64,000 nt of DNA from Flavobacteriaceae bacterium. Lineage in GTDB: Bacteria > Bacteroidota > Bacteroidia > Flavobacteriales > Flavobacteriaceae. Of the stretch, positions 20,192 to 32,900 are shown piece after piece. Position 1 is the first letter of the stretch; every line of letters starts with the position of its first letter. Below the pieces are notes generated by a model. That model did no database searches, was not told where the DNA came from, and saw only the letters and a list, made by a program, of their open reading frames with translations. The stretch spans positions 28,021-92,020 of the forward strand of contig JAYQIF010000006.1 of assembly GCA_038141525.1 (NCBI GenBank). The letters run 5' to 3'. Both the position numbers and the translations under genes were made by a program.

Positions 20192-21082
20192 TTAGAAAAA
20201 ATGCTTTAACTCCTTTTGAAAATAAGCCGCGCTTTGTGCCACACTGCTCATAGAATCCTTGGCGAAATTACCGCCTTGTTCAATGTAATGGTGTTTCAGA
20301 CCAGCACGCTCGGGATCAGGCATCAAAGTTGTGTAATCGATTGATCCATTACCAAGTTCAGTATAGTCCTGGGTCACCTTATCCATGTCTTTGATGTGCC
20401 AAAGCGGATAGCGGCCTGGAGCTAATTCGATAATCTCTTTTGGAGTAAACACTCCTGCCCGAGAAACCCAATAAAAATCGACTTCGAGCTGGACATGTGC
20501 TGGGTCAGTTTGCTGTATGATGTATTCATAGGGCATGAATTCCTCGTACTGCTCAAACTCATAGCCAAAATTATGGTAGGCAAAGCCCATACCGGCGGCT
20601 GCGGTTCGCTCTCCAATAATGCCTAATTGTTCCACTAGTTTTTTAAATCCATCGGGGTTGCGATCCGCCTCTCTCACTATTGGCCAAGCAATATACTCAT
20701 CCCCCAGACGCGAGGCCCCTTCGATACAAGAGTCCGTGTAGGCCAACAAGTCCTCTTTTGAAGACCAAAGGTGATCCGCAAAACCATAATGACCGCTATT
20801 GGTCTTTAATTCCAGCTCTATCAGCATATCCTTGAATTGCTCAGGGCTCATCCCGTAGTAGGTCTGACTCCTAACGTCATAGCCATAGGATTCGAAATTG
20901 GTATAGCCCATGGCTTTGAGGGCCTTTAGGGTCCCTAATACGTCACGCTCCATGGCATCGCGCACTGTGTAAAGTTGCAAGCCCATTTTAGCTTGAGTTG
21001 TCGTGGGATTCACACAGGAAAAAGGCACTAAACTCGCCGCGCACGCCGCCCCTCCAAGTTTTACAAATGTTCTACGTTTCAT
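20192..21082 (-). CDS. Xylose-isomerase-like TIM-barrel protein (sugar phosphate isomerase/epimerase family) with a Tat-type signal
   Basis: N-terminus MKRRTFVKLGGAACAA. The rest resembles the AP-endonuclease-2/xylose isomerase TIM barrel fold (recognition by eye). Confidence 0.65.
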   Translation of the reverse strand: MKRRTFVKLGGAACAASLVPFSCVNPTTTQAKMGLQLYTVRDAMERDVLGTLKALKAMGYTNFESYGYDVRSQTYYGMSPEQFKDMLIELELKTNSGHYGFADHLWSSKEDLLAYTDSCIEGASRLGDEYIAWPIVREADRNPDGFKKLVEQLGIIGERTAAAGMGFAYHNFGYEFEQYEEFMPYEYIIQQTDPAHVQLEVDFYWVSRAGVFTPKEIIELAPGRYPLWHIKDMDKVTQDYTELGNGSIDYTTLMPDPERAGLKHHYIEQGGNFAKDSMSSVAQSAAYFQKELKHFF

Positions 21083-21418
21083 TGGTTGCTTTATAAGTTG
21101 GTTGGGTTATAAATTGGTTGTTTTTTGGTCGATCGTTTGGGGTTTTAGCCTTAATCTCAATTTAATAGAGCGCAATGAACCAGACTCATTACTGTTTTTA
21201 GCATTTTCAGCTATAAATAAATCATCTATTAGGACAATAATGTCACTTTTAATTTACGCCATTATTGTAAAGCTCACTTTACTTTATATAGGTAAAACAC
21301 ACTTTACTTGTATTGTGTAAAATAAACTTTACGCATAATTCTTTATATTTGAAAAGAAAAACAAACAGCACATTGCCCTCTATTCCTTGAAAGGTACAAC
21401 AATTTAAGAGAATCCATT

Positions 21419-21628
21419 ATGATATTTCGTCATCGGGTTAAAGAATTCCGTTTAGAAAAAAACTGGTCACAACAAGAACTAGGACGTCGCCTAGGCGTGA
21501 GCCGACAAACAATTATTTCCATCGAAAGTTATCGCTATAATCCAAGTCTTGAGCTCGGCATGCGCCTATCCCTTGAACTCGAGGTTCCCATGGAAATTTT
21601 ATTCTATTTTGATTTTCAACAATTGTAG
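21419..21628 (+). CDS. XRE-family helix-turn-helix transcriptional regulator (small, 69 aa)
   Basis: KNWSQQELGRRLGVSRQTIISIE...YNPSLELGMRL is a canonical HTH_3 pattern. Confidence 0.8.
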   Translation: MIFRHRVKEFRLEKNWSQQELGRRLGVSRQTIISIESYRYNPSLELGMRLSLELEVPMEILFYFDFQQL

Positions 21629-21788
21629 CGCAATGGACTCAATTCAATCCTTTGAAAGTCCACTGATAATTATCGAGAAAACATTTGAAAATCAAAGTTT
21701 TATTCGCAGAATTATATAAACCCAAAGCCGCATATAAAAATTTTTTATTACTTTGTCTGTAGATTAACAAGTTCCCCTAGCCGAATAA

Positions 21789-22070
21789 ATGTTTACTGAA
21801 AACCAAATTAAACTAGCCGCTGCTGCTTCGGCTATGGCACACCCTGTAAAAGTCGCCATCCTGGAATGTCTCACCGCTGATAATCAGTGGCACGAAAACT
21901 GCCTTGCTGCTGAGCTTAATCTTCCTACAGAAGCAGTACAAAGAGGCTTACAAGAGTTGCGAACCTTGGGACTCATAGAGGGAAGCATAGCGGAAGACCG
22001 TATGCGTTTCCGGCTTAACAAAGAGAACTGGCAAGAGTTTAAAGATTACATCAGAGGTAATTTCGATTAA
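21789..22070 (+). CDS. ArsR-like winged-helix protein (tentative)
   Basis: AHPVKVAILECL...LAAELNLPTEAVQRGLQELRTLGLIE resembles an ArsR/SmtB-type wHTH. Confidence 0.45.
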   Translation: MFTENQIKLAAAASAMAHPVKVAILECLTADNQWHENCLAAELNLPTEAVQRGLQELRTLGLIEGSIAEDRMRFRLNKENWQEFKDYIRGNFD

Positions 22071-22205
22071 TTTTCGGTCAAATTACATCGTTACATGCTC
22101 GATGACGATACGTTGGACTAGATCGAATAAGCCGCGCCTCCAATTCTGTGACACTGCGCGACTTTAAAGCAATGGCACTAGCCACATAACATTAGGACTT
22201 TGGCC

Positions 22206-23072
22206 CTAATTGACATCACAAATCTCGATGGCCCGAATTAGTGACCCAATTGGATCTTCAGACGTCGGAATAAATTCCTGAGCGACATAACCCTCATAAC
22301 CCGTGGCAACTATAGCGCGCATAATGGCTGGATAATACAATTCTTGACTGTCATCAATTTCGTGGCGCCCCGGAACTCCAGCGGTGTGATAATGCCCAAA
22401 ATACTGATGGTTGTTTTGAATCGTGCGAATGATATCTCCTTCTTGAATCTGCATGTGATAGATGTCATAAAGCAGCTTAAAGTGCTCACTCCCTAAAGCT
22501 TTACACAAGGCAATCCCCCAGTCAGAATGATCGCACATGTAATCCGGATGATCTATTTGATTGAACAACTCCATTTGCAAGACTACACCGTGGCGCTGGG
22601 CCAAAGGCAATATTTGACTCAATCCATCGACACAGTTTTGAAGTCCCTCTTCATCAGTCATGCCATCGCGATTGCCGCTAAAACAGATCAAGTTCGTATA
22701 ACCGGCCTCGGCCACTAAAGGAATCATGGCCTTGTAGTTTTCTATCAGCTGTGGGTGATATTTGGGGTTATTCCAACCCTTCGTAAGTCCGAGTTCCGCT
22801 CCATTACACATGGAACAGTGGATGTTGTGTTTTTTCAAAAGCGGCCAATCCTTTGGACCCACTAAATCAATGGCCCCGATACCCAAGCGGCGCAGCGTAA
22901 TCAAAAATTCCTCCAAAGGAATCTGCTCAAAACACCAATGACAAACACTGTGGTTAATTTTACCTGAAGGACCGCTGTCCAAAGACAATATGGTTGATTG
23001 TGCTAGCGAGGGAATACCTGTAATTAATAATCCGCTAGTGGCCGTTTTACTTATAAATTTTCGTCTTAACAT
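22206..23072 (-). CDS. Xylose-isomerase-like TIM-barrel protein (hydroxypyruvate isomerase-like) with a Tat-type signal
   Basis: N-terminus MLRRKFISKTATSGLLITGIPSLA. Contains GYTNLICFSGN.., HGVVLQMELFN and FGHYHTAG motifs. Confidence 0.65.
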   Translation of the reverse strand: MLRRKFISKTATSGLLITGIPSLAQSTILSLDSGPSGKINHSVCHWCFEQIPLEEFLITLRRLGIGAIDLVGPKDWPLLKKHNIHCSMCNGAELGLTKGWNNPKYHPQLIENYKAMIPLVAEAGYTNLICFSGNRDGMTDEEGLQNCVDGLSQILPLAQRHGVVLQMELFNQIDHPDYMCDHSDWGIALCKALGSEHFKLLYDIYHMQIQEGDIIRTIQNNHQYFGHYHTAGVPGRHEIDDSQELYYPAIMRAIVATGYEGYVAQEFIPTSEDPIGSLIRAIEICDVN

Positions 23073-23134
23073 CCCGCTATTTGTTTATTATCGTAAGCTA
23101 TAAAAAAACAGCCGTCAATCTAATTTTGATTGAA

Positions 23135-23575
23135 TTAGGATAAAAGAAGGTCCTCGCGCTCCAGACGCTGTAATTCGGCAGTCTTTTCAAACAAAGTGTC
23201 ACAACCTTCAAGATCAATATTGTCATACATTTCTTGGGCAATGGGATGCGTTTCCCATTCTGGGTGATGCTTTCGCTTCCAATTCATCATATCACAAAGT
23301 ATGGGCATGAGATCAATACCAGCATCTGTCAAAAAATAATACTTCGTTTTTCCATCACCCCTTTTTTTGTGAAATCCAATCAAGCCGTAAGAAATCAATT
23401 TTTTTAAGCGATCAACGAGTATGTTGGTTGCTATATTTTCTGGGGATTGAAGCATCTCGGAATAGGTTCTCCTTCCAATAAACAAATCACGTATGATCAA
23501 TAAAGACCATTTATCGCCGATTATTTCCAAGGTATTCGAGATGGGGCAGGAAGATCTGAAATTAATAGGAGTCAT
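23135..23575 (-). CDS. HxlR-family winged-helix transcriptional regulator
   Basis: CPISNTLEIIGDKWSLLIIRDLFIGRRTYSEM...NILVDRLKKL. Confidence 0.8.
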   Translation of the reverse strand: MTPINFRSSCPISNTLEIIGDKWSLLIIRDLFIGRRTYSEMLQSPENIATNILVDRLKKLISYGLIGFHKKRGDGKTKYYFLTDAGIDLMPILCDMMNWKRKHHPEWETHPIAQEMYDNIDLEGCDTLFEKTAELQRLEREDLLLS

Positions 23576-23774
23576 ATGAGAAAAAATTAAATGAGGTTTG
23601 AAAGCAATTAAATATTATTCAGCGCTTTAACATTTTAAAAAGGTAAGAAAAATAAATTAGCTTCATTTCTCTCTCAACATTTTAACAGTATTTTACAACA
23701 ATTGTTTAAAAAGAAGCCTACTTTCCAAACTTAAAATAATTTCAAATTATTCATCACACGAGGAATATTTTTTT

Positions 23775-25979
23775 ATGCCTAAGCCCTTTTACAACCACGT
23801 ATTATTTGTGTTTTTTATCCCTTTATTTTTATTGGGACAAAACCCGCCTAGTGCTGAGGCCAAATACACAAGTACCCCACCTGTTATTGATGGAAACATC
23901 AATGATAAAGCTTGGGAGGAGGCCGAATTTCTCAGTGATTTTCGCCAGAATTTTCCGACCGATACATTGCCTGCCCAGTACCCTACATCGATCAAGTTTT
24001 TATTTGACGAGACCTATCTCTACATTGCAATCAGCGCAAAAAGCAGCGGCGACAATTTTGTCGCCAGATCACTCAAGCGGGATTTTAGAGGATCAACCAC
24101 TGACAATGTCTCTTTCTTTTTTGACACCTTTATGGATGGGGTTAATGCCTATCAATTTGGGGTGAATCCTTACGGGGCCCAAAGAGAATCTCTCGTTTCT
24201 GATGGGGGCACTAGTCGGAATTCGTTCAATCCTAATTGGGATGTCAAGTGGTTCTCTCAGGGACATATCGAAGGGGATACCTACGTCGCTGAATTAGCCA
24301 TTCCATTTTACTCATTAAAATACCCCGAGGGCTGTACCGAGTGGAAAATGCAAGCCTATCGTTTTGATCTTCAAACTAAAGAACGTAGCACTTGGAGTCG
24401 GATTGATCAAAATCAGCTCTTGTCGAACCTCGGTTATCTGGGAGTGCTGCATTTTGATCGGCCCTTGCCTAAAAACAACAACACCTCGTATTTTATTCCT
24501 TATGTGAACCTTGCGCGCAGTAAAGATTTTGAGTTAGATACCCCAAGAACAGATGAGACTAAAGTTGGTTTTGATGTCAAAATTCCGGTGGGGAGTCAAA
24601 TGAATCTGGACTTGACTTTGAATCCAGATTTCTCCAATGTCGAAGTCGACGACCTGATCAATAACATCTCGAGATTCGAGGTTTCCTTGCCCGAAAAAAG
24701 GCAATTCTTTTTGGACAATAGCGACCTTTTTTCCAGTTTTGGTAATGCACGAGATGCCTCCCCGTTTTTCTCAAGACGCATTGGCATTGCTCAAGACCTC
24801 GATGGCAACACCATTCAAAACAAAATTATTGGTGGACTCAGACGCAGCGGTAAGCTAAACAGCAATCTGCGCCTGGGTGTTCTTTCACTACAAACTCGGT
24901 CGGATGAAGCTAACGGAATTCCGAGCAACAACAACAGCATGCTCGCTCTTCAACAAAGGGTCTTTGGCCGCTCCCAGGTCGGGCTTTTTGTCATTAACCG
25001 AGAAGCTACAGGCGATCAAGCTTTGCCTGAAGATTACAAAATATTTAACCGCGTTTTAGGAGTAGATTATAGTCTGGCTTCCTCTAACAATAAATGGACT
25101 GGTAAGTTTTTTGCGCATAAATCACTGAGCGAAAATGATTCTGCTGGTAATTTATCCGGACAGGCTCAGTTGCGTTTTAACAACAGATTTTGGAATATCT
25201 TTTCTCTAGCACTATTTATCGATGAAGAATTTGAATCGGATCTGGGGTTTATACCGCGCACTGGTTTTATTAAAAAAGCCGACAAAGTAACCCGAACTTT
25301 TTATCCTAAGACCGGTCCGGTCAATACCTACCAACTCGGCTGTTACAACGAGTTTTATTTTACACAAGATCTAGATTACAAACAGACGGATCAGACGCTG
25401 AAATTAGAATACATCGTCAATTATAAAAATCAATCGCGCTTGGAGCTCAACTATTTCATGCGCTATGTGTATTTGTTTGACGATTTTGACCCTACACGCG
25501 GGGACGGCACTCTTGCCCTACCCATGGGAAGCGAATACAATTATAATTCTTGGGCCCTTGAGTACAATTCTCAACCTGCGGGTGTGTTTACTTGGGGTGC
25601 GACGGCCACAACAGGTCAATTTTTTAATTGCAAACGCTTTGGTCTCAAAGGGCGCATCAATTACCGTACCCAACCCACCTTTAACATGAGCATCGATTTT
25701 GACTATAACGATATTCGATTGGCGGCGCCCTATCCTTCGGCCAAACTCTTTTTAATCGCGCCAAAGCTAGAGTGGACCTTTACTAAGAATCTGTTTTGGT
25801 CTAACTTCATTCAATACAGCAACTTCAGCGATAATTTCGGGATCAACTCACGCTTGCAATGGCGTTTCGCCCCAATGTCTGACTTATTTTTGGTCTATAA
25901 CGACGGCTACGACTCTATTAATTTATACAAGCGCTATCGCTCGATTAACCTCAAGCTAAACTATTGGTTTAATATTTAG
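23775..25979 (+). CDS. CBM9-like / DUF5916-type outer-membrane-associated protein
   Basis: Signal peptide, an N-terminal IDGNINDKAWEEAEFLSDFRQ (CBM9-like) region, then a long beta-rich C-terminal part ending in aromatic residues (NYWFNI). Family recalled by eye. Confidence 0.55.
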   Translation: MPKPFYNHVLFVFFIPLFLLGQNPPSAEAKYTSTPPVIDGNINDKAWEEAEFLSDFRQNFPTDTLPAQYPTSIKFLFDETYLYIAISAKSSGDNFVARSLKRDFRGSTTDNVSFFFDTFMDGVNAYQFGVNPYGAQRESLVSDGGTSRNSFNPNWDVKWFSQGHIEGDTYVAELAIPFYSLKYPEGCTEWKMQAYRFDLQTKERSTWSRIDQNQLLSNLGYLGVLHFDRPLPKNNNTSYFIPYVNLARSKDFELDTPRTDETKVGFDVKIPVGSQMNLDLTLNPDFSNVEVDDLINNISRFEVSLPEKRQFFLDNSDLFSSFGNARDASPFFSRRIGIAQDLDGNTIQNKIIGGLRRSGKLNSNLRLGVLSLQTRSDEANGIPSNNNSMLALQQRVFGRSQVGLFVINREATGDQALPEDYKIFNRVLGVDYSLASSNNKWTGKFFAHKSLSENDSAGNLSGQAQLRFNNRFWNIFSLALFIDEEFESDLGFIPRTGFIKKADKVTRTFYPKTGPVNTYQLGCYNEFYFTQDLDYKQTDQTLKLEYIVNYKNQSRLELNYFMRYVYLFDDFDPTRGDGTLALPMGSEYNYNSWALEYNSQPAGVFTWGATATTGQFFNCKRFGLKGRINYRTQPTFNMSIDFDYNDIRLAAPYPSAKLFLIAPKLEWTFTKNLFWSNFIQYSNFSDNFGINSRLQWRFAPMSDLFLVYNDGYDSINLYKRYRSINLKLNYWFNI

Positions 25980-26332
25980 TGGTTTAGGCTTCAAGGCTTT
26001 TAATCTATTTTTCCGCGATTTCGTCCATAACAGGCAAGATCGAATTCCATCGACATTATAGGTCGATTATGATGATCCCCCGCTAATCAGTCTAAATCAA
26101 TAAGCGCTGAAATGCCTCAATAGCTCGGTAATCGGGTAATCCCAAACGGTCGTATTTCAATAGATTTTTTTGCGCAGCCAGAGTCGGTTATATAATCTTG
26201 AATCTTTTTTGGAAACACATTAGAGTAGTCGCTTTTGAACACATTGGCAGATTAAAATCCGATAAGGAGAATTTATCCAATTATTGAGGATTAGTATCTT
26301 TTGTCATGAATTACTCGAATGGCGATTCTTAA

Positions 26333-28570
<2,238 letters not shown>

Positions 28571-28607
28571 TTCAGGTCTGTATTACGAAAAGTAAATGAT
28601 GCTCGAA

Positions 28608-28657
28608 GACCGTTCATGCCGGAACTTAAAGTTTTGGCATGGCGGTCTTTGATTTTT
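28608..28657 (+). terminator. Putative terminator after katG
   Basis: Imperfect hairpin gaccgttcatgcc...ggcatggcggtc followed by tttgattttt. Confidence 0.5.
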
Positions 28658-28668
28658 AGAGGGGTTGA

Positions 28669-28893
28669 CCGCGAGGGTGCGCTGAATCATTAGCGCTGTA
28701 ATTATGGTTACGTAAGGTGTCAGTCCCGCGATGGCACAATCACGCGAGGTGAGAATACCGCGATGGTGTGAATACAGCGAGGTGGCATTCGCGCTGTGAT
28801 TAAGCTCTTGTGAGGAGACCGCCGTGCGAGGGCGAAATCCTGGGAGGCAATCCCGTGATTTGTTGAACCGCGAGGTGTCGATACCGCGAAGGC
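28669..28893. repeat. Degenerate array of about 8 copies of a CGCGA(G/T)GG(T)G core, locally 16-17 bp apart, in a convergent intergenic region
   Basis: Core copies at 28669, 28725, 28741, 28757, 28774, 28823, 28866 and 28882. Flanked by the direct repeats gcgctgaatcat (28679-28690) and ggcgttgaatcac (28903-28915). Confidence 0.6.
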
Positions 28894-28961
28894 ACTAGGG
28901 GGGCGTTGAATCACTCAGATGATTCCAATGAGTAGCTTAGGCCTGTATATGAAATGCAGGC

Positions 28962-29477
28962 CTAATTTAATTTTGGACATTCCGGGAGTAAATCAGGACT
29001 GCTGGCCGTTTCGTCGGCCCACTCTTGCCCTGTCTTCCAATTAACCCAAAACCACTGGCCGTTTTTCTGAACAGCCAGACAGGTTTGATTGTCTTGCCGG
29101 ATGATTTTCGAATCATCGTAAATACAAGTCACTGTTTCACGAGCATCCTCATAACTCCACCCCGAGAGGTACGCGCCGTGTTTGCCTTCTTGATAAACTC
29201 TGGTAAAAGGAGCATTAAACCCAATAAAATCCAAACTGTCATACTTCATGGGAATCAGCTCCCGGGTCATCAGACCCCGGTATAGCCACTGATAAAGCCC
29301 CCATTTACCGCTGCGTTTTCCACGTAACTTAAAAGCCCCGTCCTGGTTTATCTCATCCAAAGCGAGGGTGTCTGCTTTGAACTTGCGCATCATTTGTCGC
29401 TCGGGGAAGTTTTGGGCGAAGAGCGCGGATGAAGATAGAATCAATGCTAAAAGGACTAATGTTTTTTGGGTTGGCAT
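28962..29477 (-). CDS. Exported protein with WG-repeat-like motifs, unknown function
   Basis: Signal peptide ..SSALFAQ. GKRSGKWGLYQ..ELIPMKYDSL resembles the KWG/WG repeat. Confidence 0.5.
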   Translation of the reverse strand: MPTQKTLVLLALILSSSALFAQNFPERQMMRKFKADTLALDEINQDGAFKLRGKRSGKWGLYQWLYRGLMTRELIPMKYDSLDFIGFNAPFTRVYQEGKHGAYLSGWSYEDARETVTCIYDDSKIIRQDNQTCLAVQKNGQWFWVNWKTGQEWADETASSPDLLPECPKLN

Positions 29478-29973
29478 AATTGTAATTTGAGGATTTAAAA
29501 TGAGACTTCCTAGTTAAAACCTTTGAGACTTGAACTGTGATTCATAATTTACGATCTACCGCCTGTGTTTTTTAAATATCATATAGGAGATTTTGGGTTT
29601 CTTTATTGGTTATTTAAGCCGCACTTCACGCGTAAATGTCTGGTAAACCTGTATTCATCGATAATTTCTAAGGCCTGTTGGTCGCGTCCTAAAGAAATAT
29701 CTAGCCGTCACTTTGGTATTCTATAATTTGGTTTTTGTGCTAAAATTAGAACCCGAATTTGAAATAAATATTGTGAAAATTTCCTCAGGTGAAGAAAAAA
29801 GCAAAGTTTAGGAGAATTATATGTACCGTCGGAAAATTAGTTTGAACAACAAAATTCATTTGATTTTCATTTTTTATGGCTGTGTCTTATTGGGAGTTTT
29901 GCAGCTATTTTCTAGAATCTTTTAGCAGAGATATGTATTTTTACTCAACCTAACGCTCCCCCGAACTTATACC

Positions 29974-32900
29974 GTGAGACACATTAACTTATTTATTTTT
30001 CTTCTACTCGGATTTTCTTGGAATTCGATTGCTCAACCAAACCCTCCTCAAGGGGAGGAAATACAGAGTTTTTGTGATTCCGCGACGGTGGCAGATTTAG
30101 TGGCAATCCCTGATCCTGGAGGGACGGTTACGTGGTATGATGCACCAGTCGGAGGAAATGTTTTGAATTCAGGTGATAATTTGTCTCAAGGAGATCTTGT
30201 GTATGCATCTCAAACCTTAGGTGGAGTTGAAAGTGTAGATAGATTACAAGTCTTAGTCCATTTTATTAATCCACGAATTGTTCCGGCTAATCCAATTGTT
30301 TGCTCAGGTGAAAGCATAGAATTAACCGTGGAATTTGATATGCCGCAAATAAACAATGCGAGCTATCTTGGCTTTGTTGAATCAAAACATTTTTATTTTT
30401 CTAATCAGGCTGAAACATTCTTAATTCATGAAAATATTGCTGCGAGCTATGGTGGGAATTTAATTTCAATACACTCTCAGGCTACAATGGATTTTGTTAT
30501 CAATGAAAGTCCGGGGACTGGCTATATAGGTTTGAATGATTTAATTATCGAAAATTCTTTTGAATGGACTGATGCCTCTGCTGTTGACTTTACCAATTGG
30601 TATCCGGGAGAACCTAATAATATTTTGAATGAAGATGCGGTTGCTTTCTACCCATCAGGACTGTGGGTGGATGTTTCAGAAAATCAAATGCGCAATGCCT
30701 TATATCAATTTTATTTTCCAGATCCTACAATTACATGGTCAACTGGGGCGTCAACCCTCTCAATAATTCAATCTCCTAATGAATCGCAGTCTTTATGGGT
30801 AGAAGTTTCAATTAATAATGTCACTTGTCGTGAAAACATTATAGTTAATGTATTTGCTCAAGATCCCCTGTTTCGGAAGGTGATCAAAGTGCTTGTGCAT
30901 TAGATCCGGTTCAGACCTAACCGCTTCAGCGTCGGGATGCTGGAGAAAGCCTTACTTGGTATGATGCGCCTTCAGGGGGTAACATAGTTTTAGATCCAAG
31001 TCTCTCTGCTGTTGGAAGTATTACCTATTACGCTGAGGCCAGTGATGATATAACAGGGTGCGTGTCTCTTACACGGACTGCTGTTAGCCTTGATATTTTA
31101 GAAACACCTACTGCCGTAATCACCAACAACACTGGGGTGACAGAACTCACCTGTTCTATCTCTGAGATTAGCCTTACCGCCAGCGGTGGAGATGCCTACT
31201 CGTGGAGTGATGGTGTCTCCGTGGTGGGCACTGATGCTTTACTGCTTGTGTCTGCTCCTGGAACCTATACCGTGACCGTAACTGGTGCCAATGGATGTTC
31301 TAATACAGCCTCTGTTGTAATTACTCAGAATGTCGATTTGCCTGCTGAGCCCATCTCTGGTGGGGATCAAAGTGCCTGTGCACTAGATCCGGTTCAGACT
31401 TTGACCGCGACAGCAAGCGTCGGGGCTGGGGAGACACTAACCTGGTATGATGCGCCTTTGGGAGGTAATATTGTTTTAGATCCAAGTCTCTCTGCTGTGG
31501 GTAGTGTGACTTACTATGCTGAGGCCAGTGATGATATAACAGGGTGCGTGTCTCTTACACGGACTGCTGTTACTCTAGAGATTTTAGAAACGCCTATTGC
31601 CGTAATTACCAACAACACCGGGGTGACTGAACTCACCTGTTCTGTGACTGAGATTAGCCTTACCGCTAGCGGTGGAGACGCCTACTCATGGAGTGATGGT
31701 GTCTCTGTAGTAGGCACTGATGCTTTGCTTTTAGTCTCTACTCCTGGAACCTATACCGTGACTGTAACTGGTGCCAATGGATGTTCTGATACAGATTTTG
31801 TTGTAATTACTCAGGATGTGACTCTGCCTACACCTGCTATTACCAATAACACCGGAGTTACAGAGCTCACCTGCTTAGTAACCGAGATTAGCCTTACCGC
31901 TAGCGGTGGAGACGCCTACTCATGGAGTGATGGTGTCTCTGTAGTAGGCACTGATGCTTTGCTCTTAGTCTCTACTCCTGGAACCTATACCGTGACCGTC
32001 ACTGGAACTAATGGATGTTCGGATACAGATTTTGTTGTAATTACTCAGGATGTGACTCTGCCTACTCCTGTAATTACCAACAACACAGGGGCGACTGAAC
32101 TCACCTGCTTAGTGACTGAGATCAGCCTTACTGCCAGTGGCGGAGATGCCTACTCTTGGAGTGATGGTGTCTCTGTAGTGGGCACTGATGCTTCTTTGCT
32201 CGTCTCTATACCTGGAACCTATACCGTGACTGTAACTGGGGCCAATGGATGTTCCAATACAGATTTTGTTGTAATTACTCAGGATGTCGATTTGCCTGCC
32301 GCCCCCATCTCTGGCGGTGATCAAAGTGCTTGTGCATTAGATCCGGTTCAGGCTTTAACCGCTTCAGCCTCTGTTAATGCAGGAGAGACACTTACTTGGT
32401 ATGATGCGCCTGCCGCAGGTAACGTGGTTTTAGACCCAAGTCTATCCGTTATCGGTAGTATTACTTATTACGCTGAGGCTAGTGATGATACATCGGGGTG
32501 TGTTTCTTTATCTCGTACTGTTGTTACCCTCGAGATTTTTGCTGTGCCTGATGCACCTATCTCTGGCGGTAATCAAAGTGCTTGTGCGCTAGACCCGGTT
32601 CAAACTTTAACCGCTTCTGCTTCGGTTAATGCCGGAGAGACCCTTACTTGGTATGACGCGCCTGCCGCAGGTAATGTGGTTTTAGATCCAAGTCTATCCG
32701 TTATCGGTAGTATAACCTACTATGCTGAGGCCAGTGATGATATAACAGGGTGCGTGTCTCTTACGCGCACTGCAGTGAGTTTAGAGATTTTAGAAACGCC
32801 TACTGCCGTAATTACCAACAACACTGGAGTGAGTGAACTCACCTGTTCTATCACTGAGATTAGCCTTACTGCTAGTGGCGGAGATGCCTACTCTTGGAGT

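Noticed and set aside
21003-21320. A 105-aa hydrophobic ORF that might be the missing membrane partner of the XRE regulator.
   Set aside because: Its first third is antisense to the TIM-barrel gene. The hydrophobicity of the remainder is what AT-rich non-coding DNA yields. No conserved motif is present, so it cannot be supported without a translated search.
28720-28914. A 64-aa minus-strand ORF between katG and the WG-repeat gene.
   Set aside because: Its sequence (repeated PRG/PR. units) is a direct read-through of the CGCGAGGTG repeat array. It has no start context, and a convergent-terminator location makes expression unlikely.
30361-30717. The C-type lectin domain as the variable protein of a diversity-generating retroelement.
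   Set aside because: No reverse transcriptase, template repeat or adenine-biased repeat pair exists anywhere in the window. The CTLD is N-terminal, not the C-terminal VR position typical of DGR targets.
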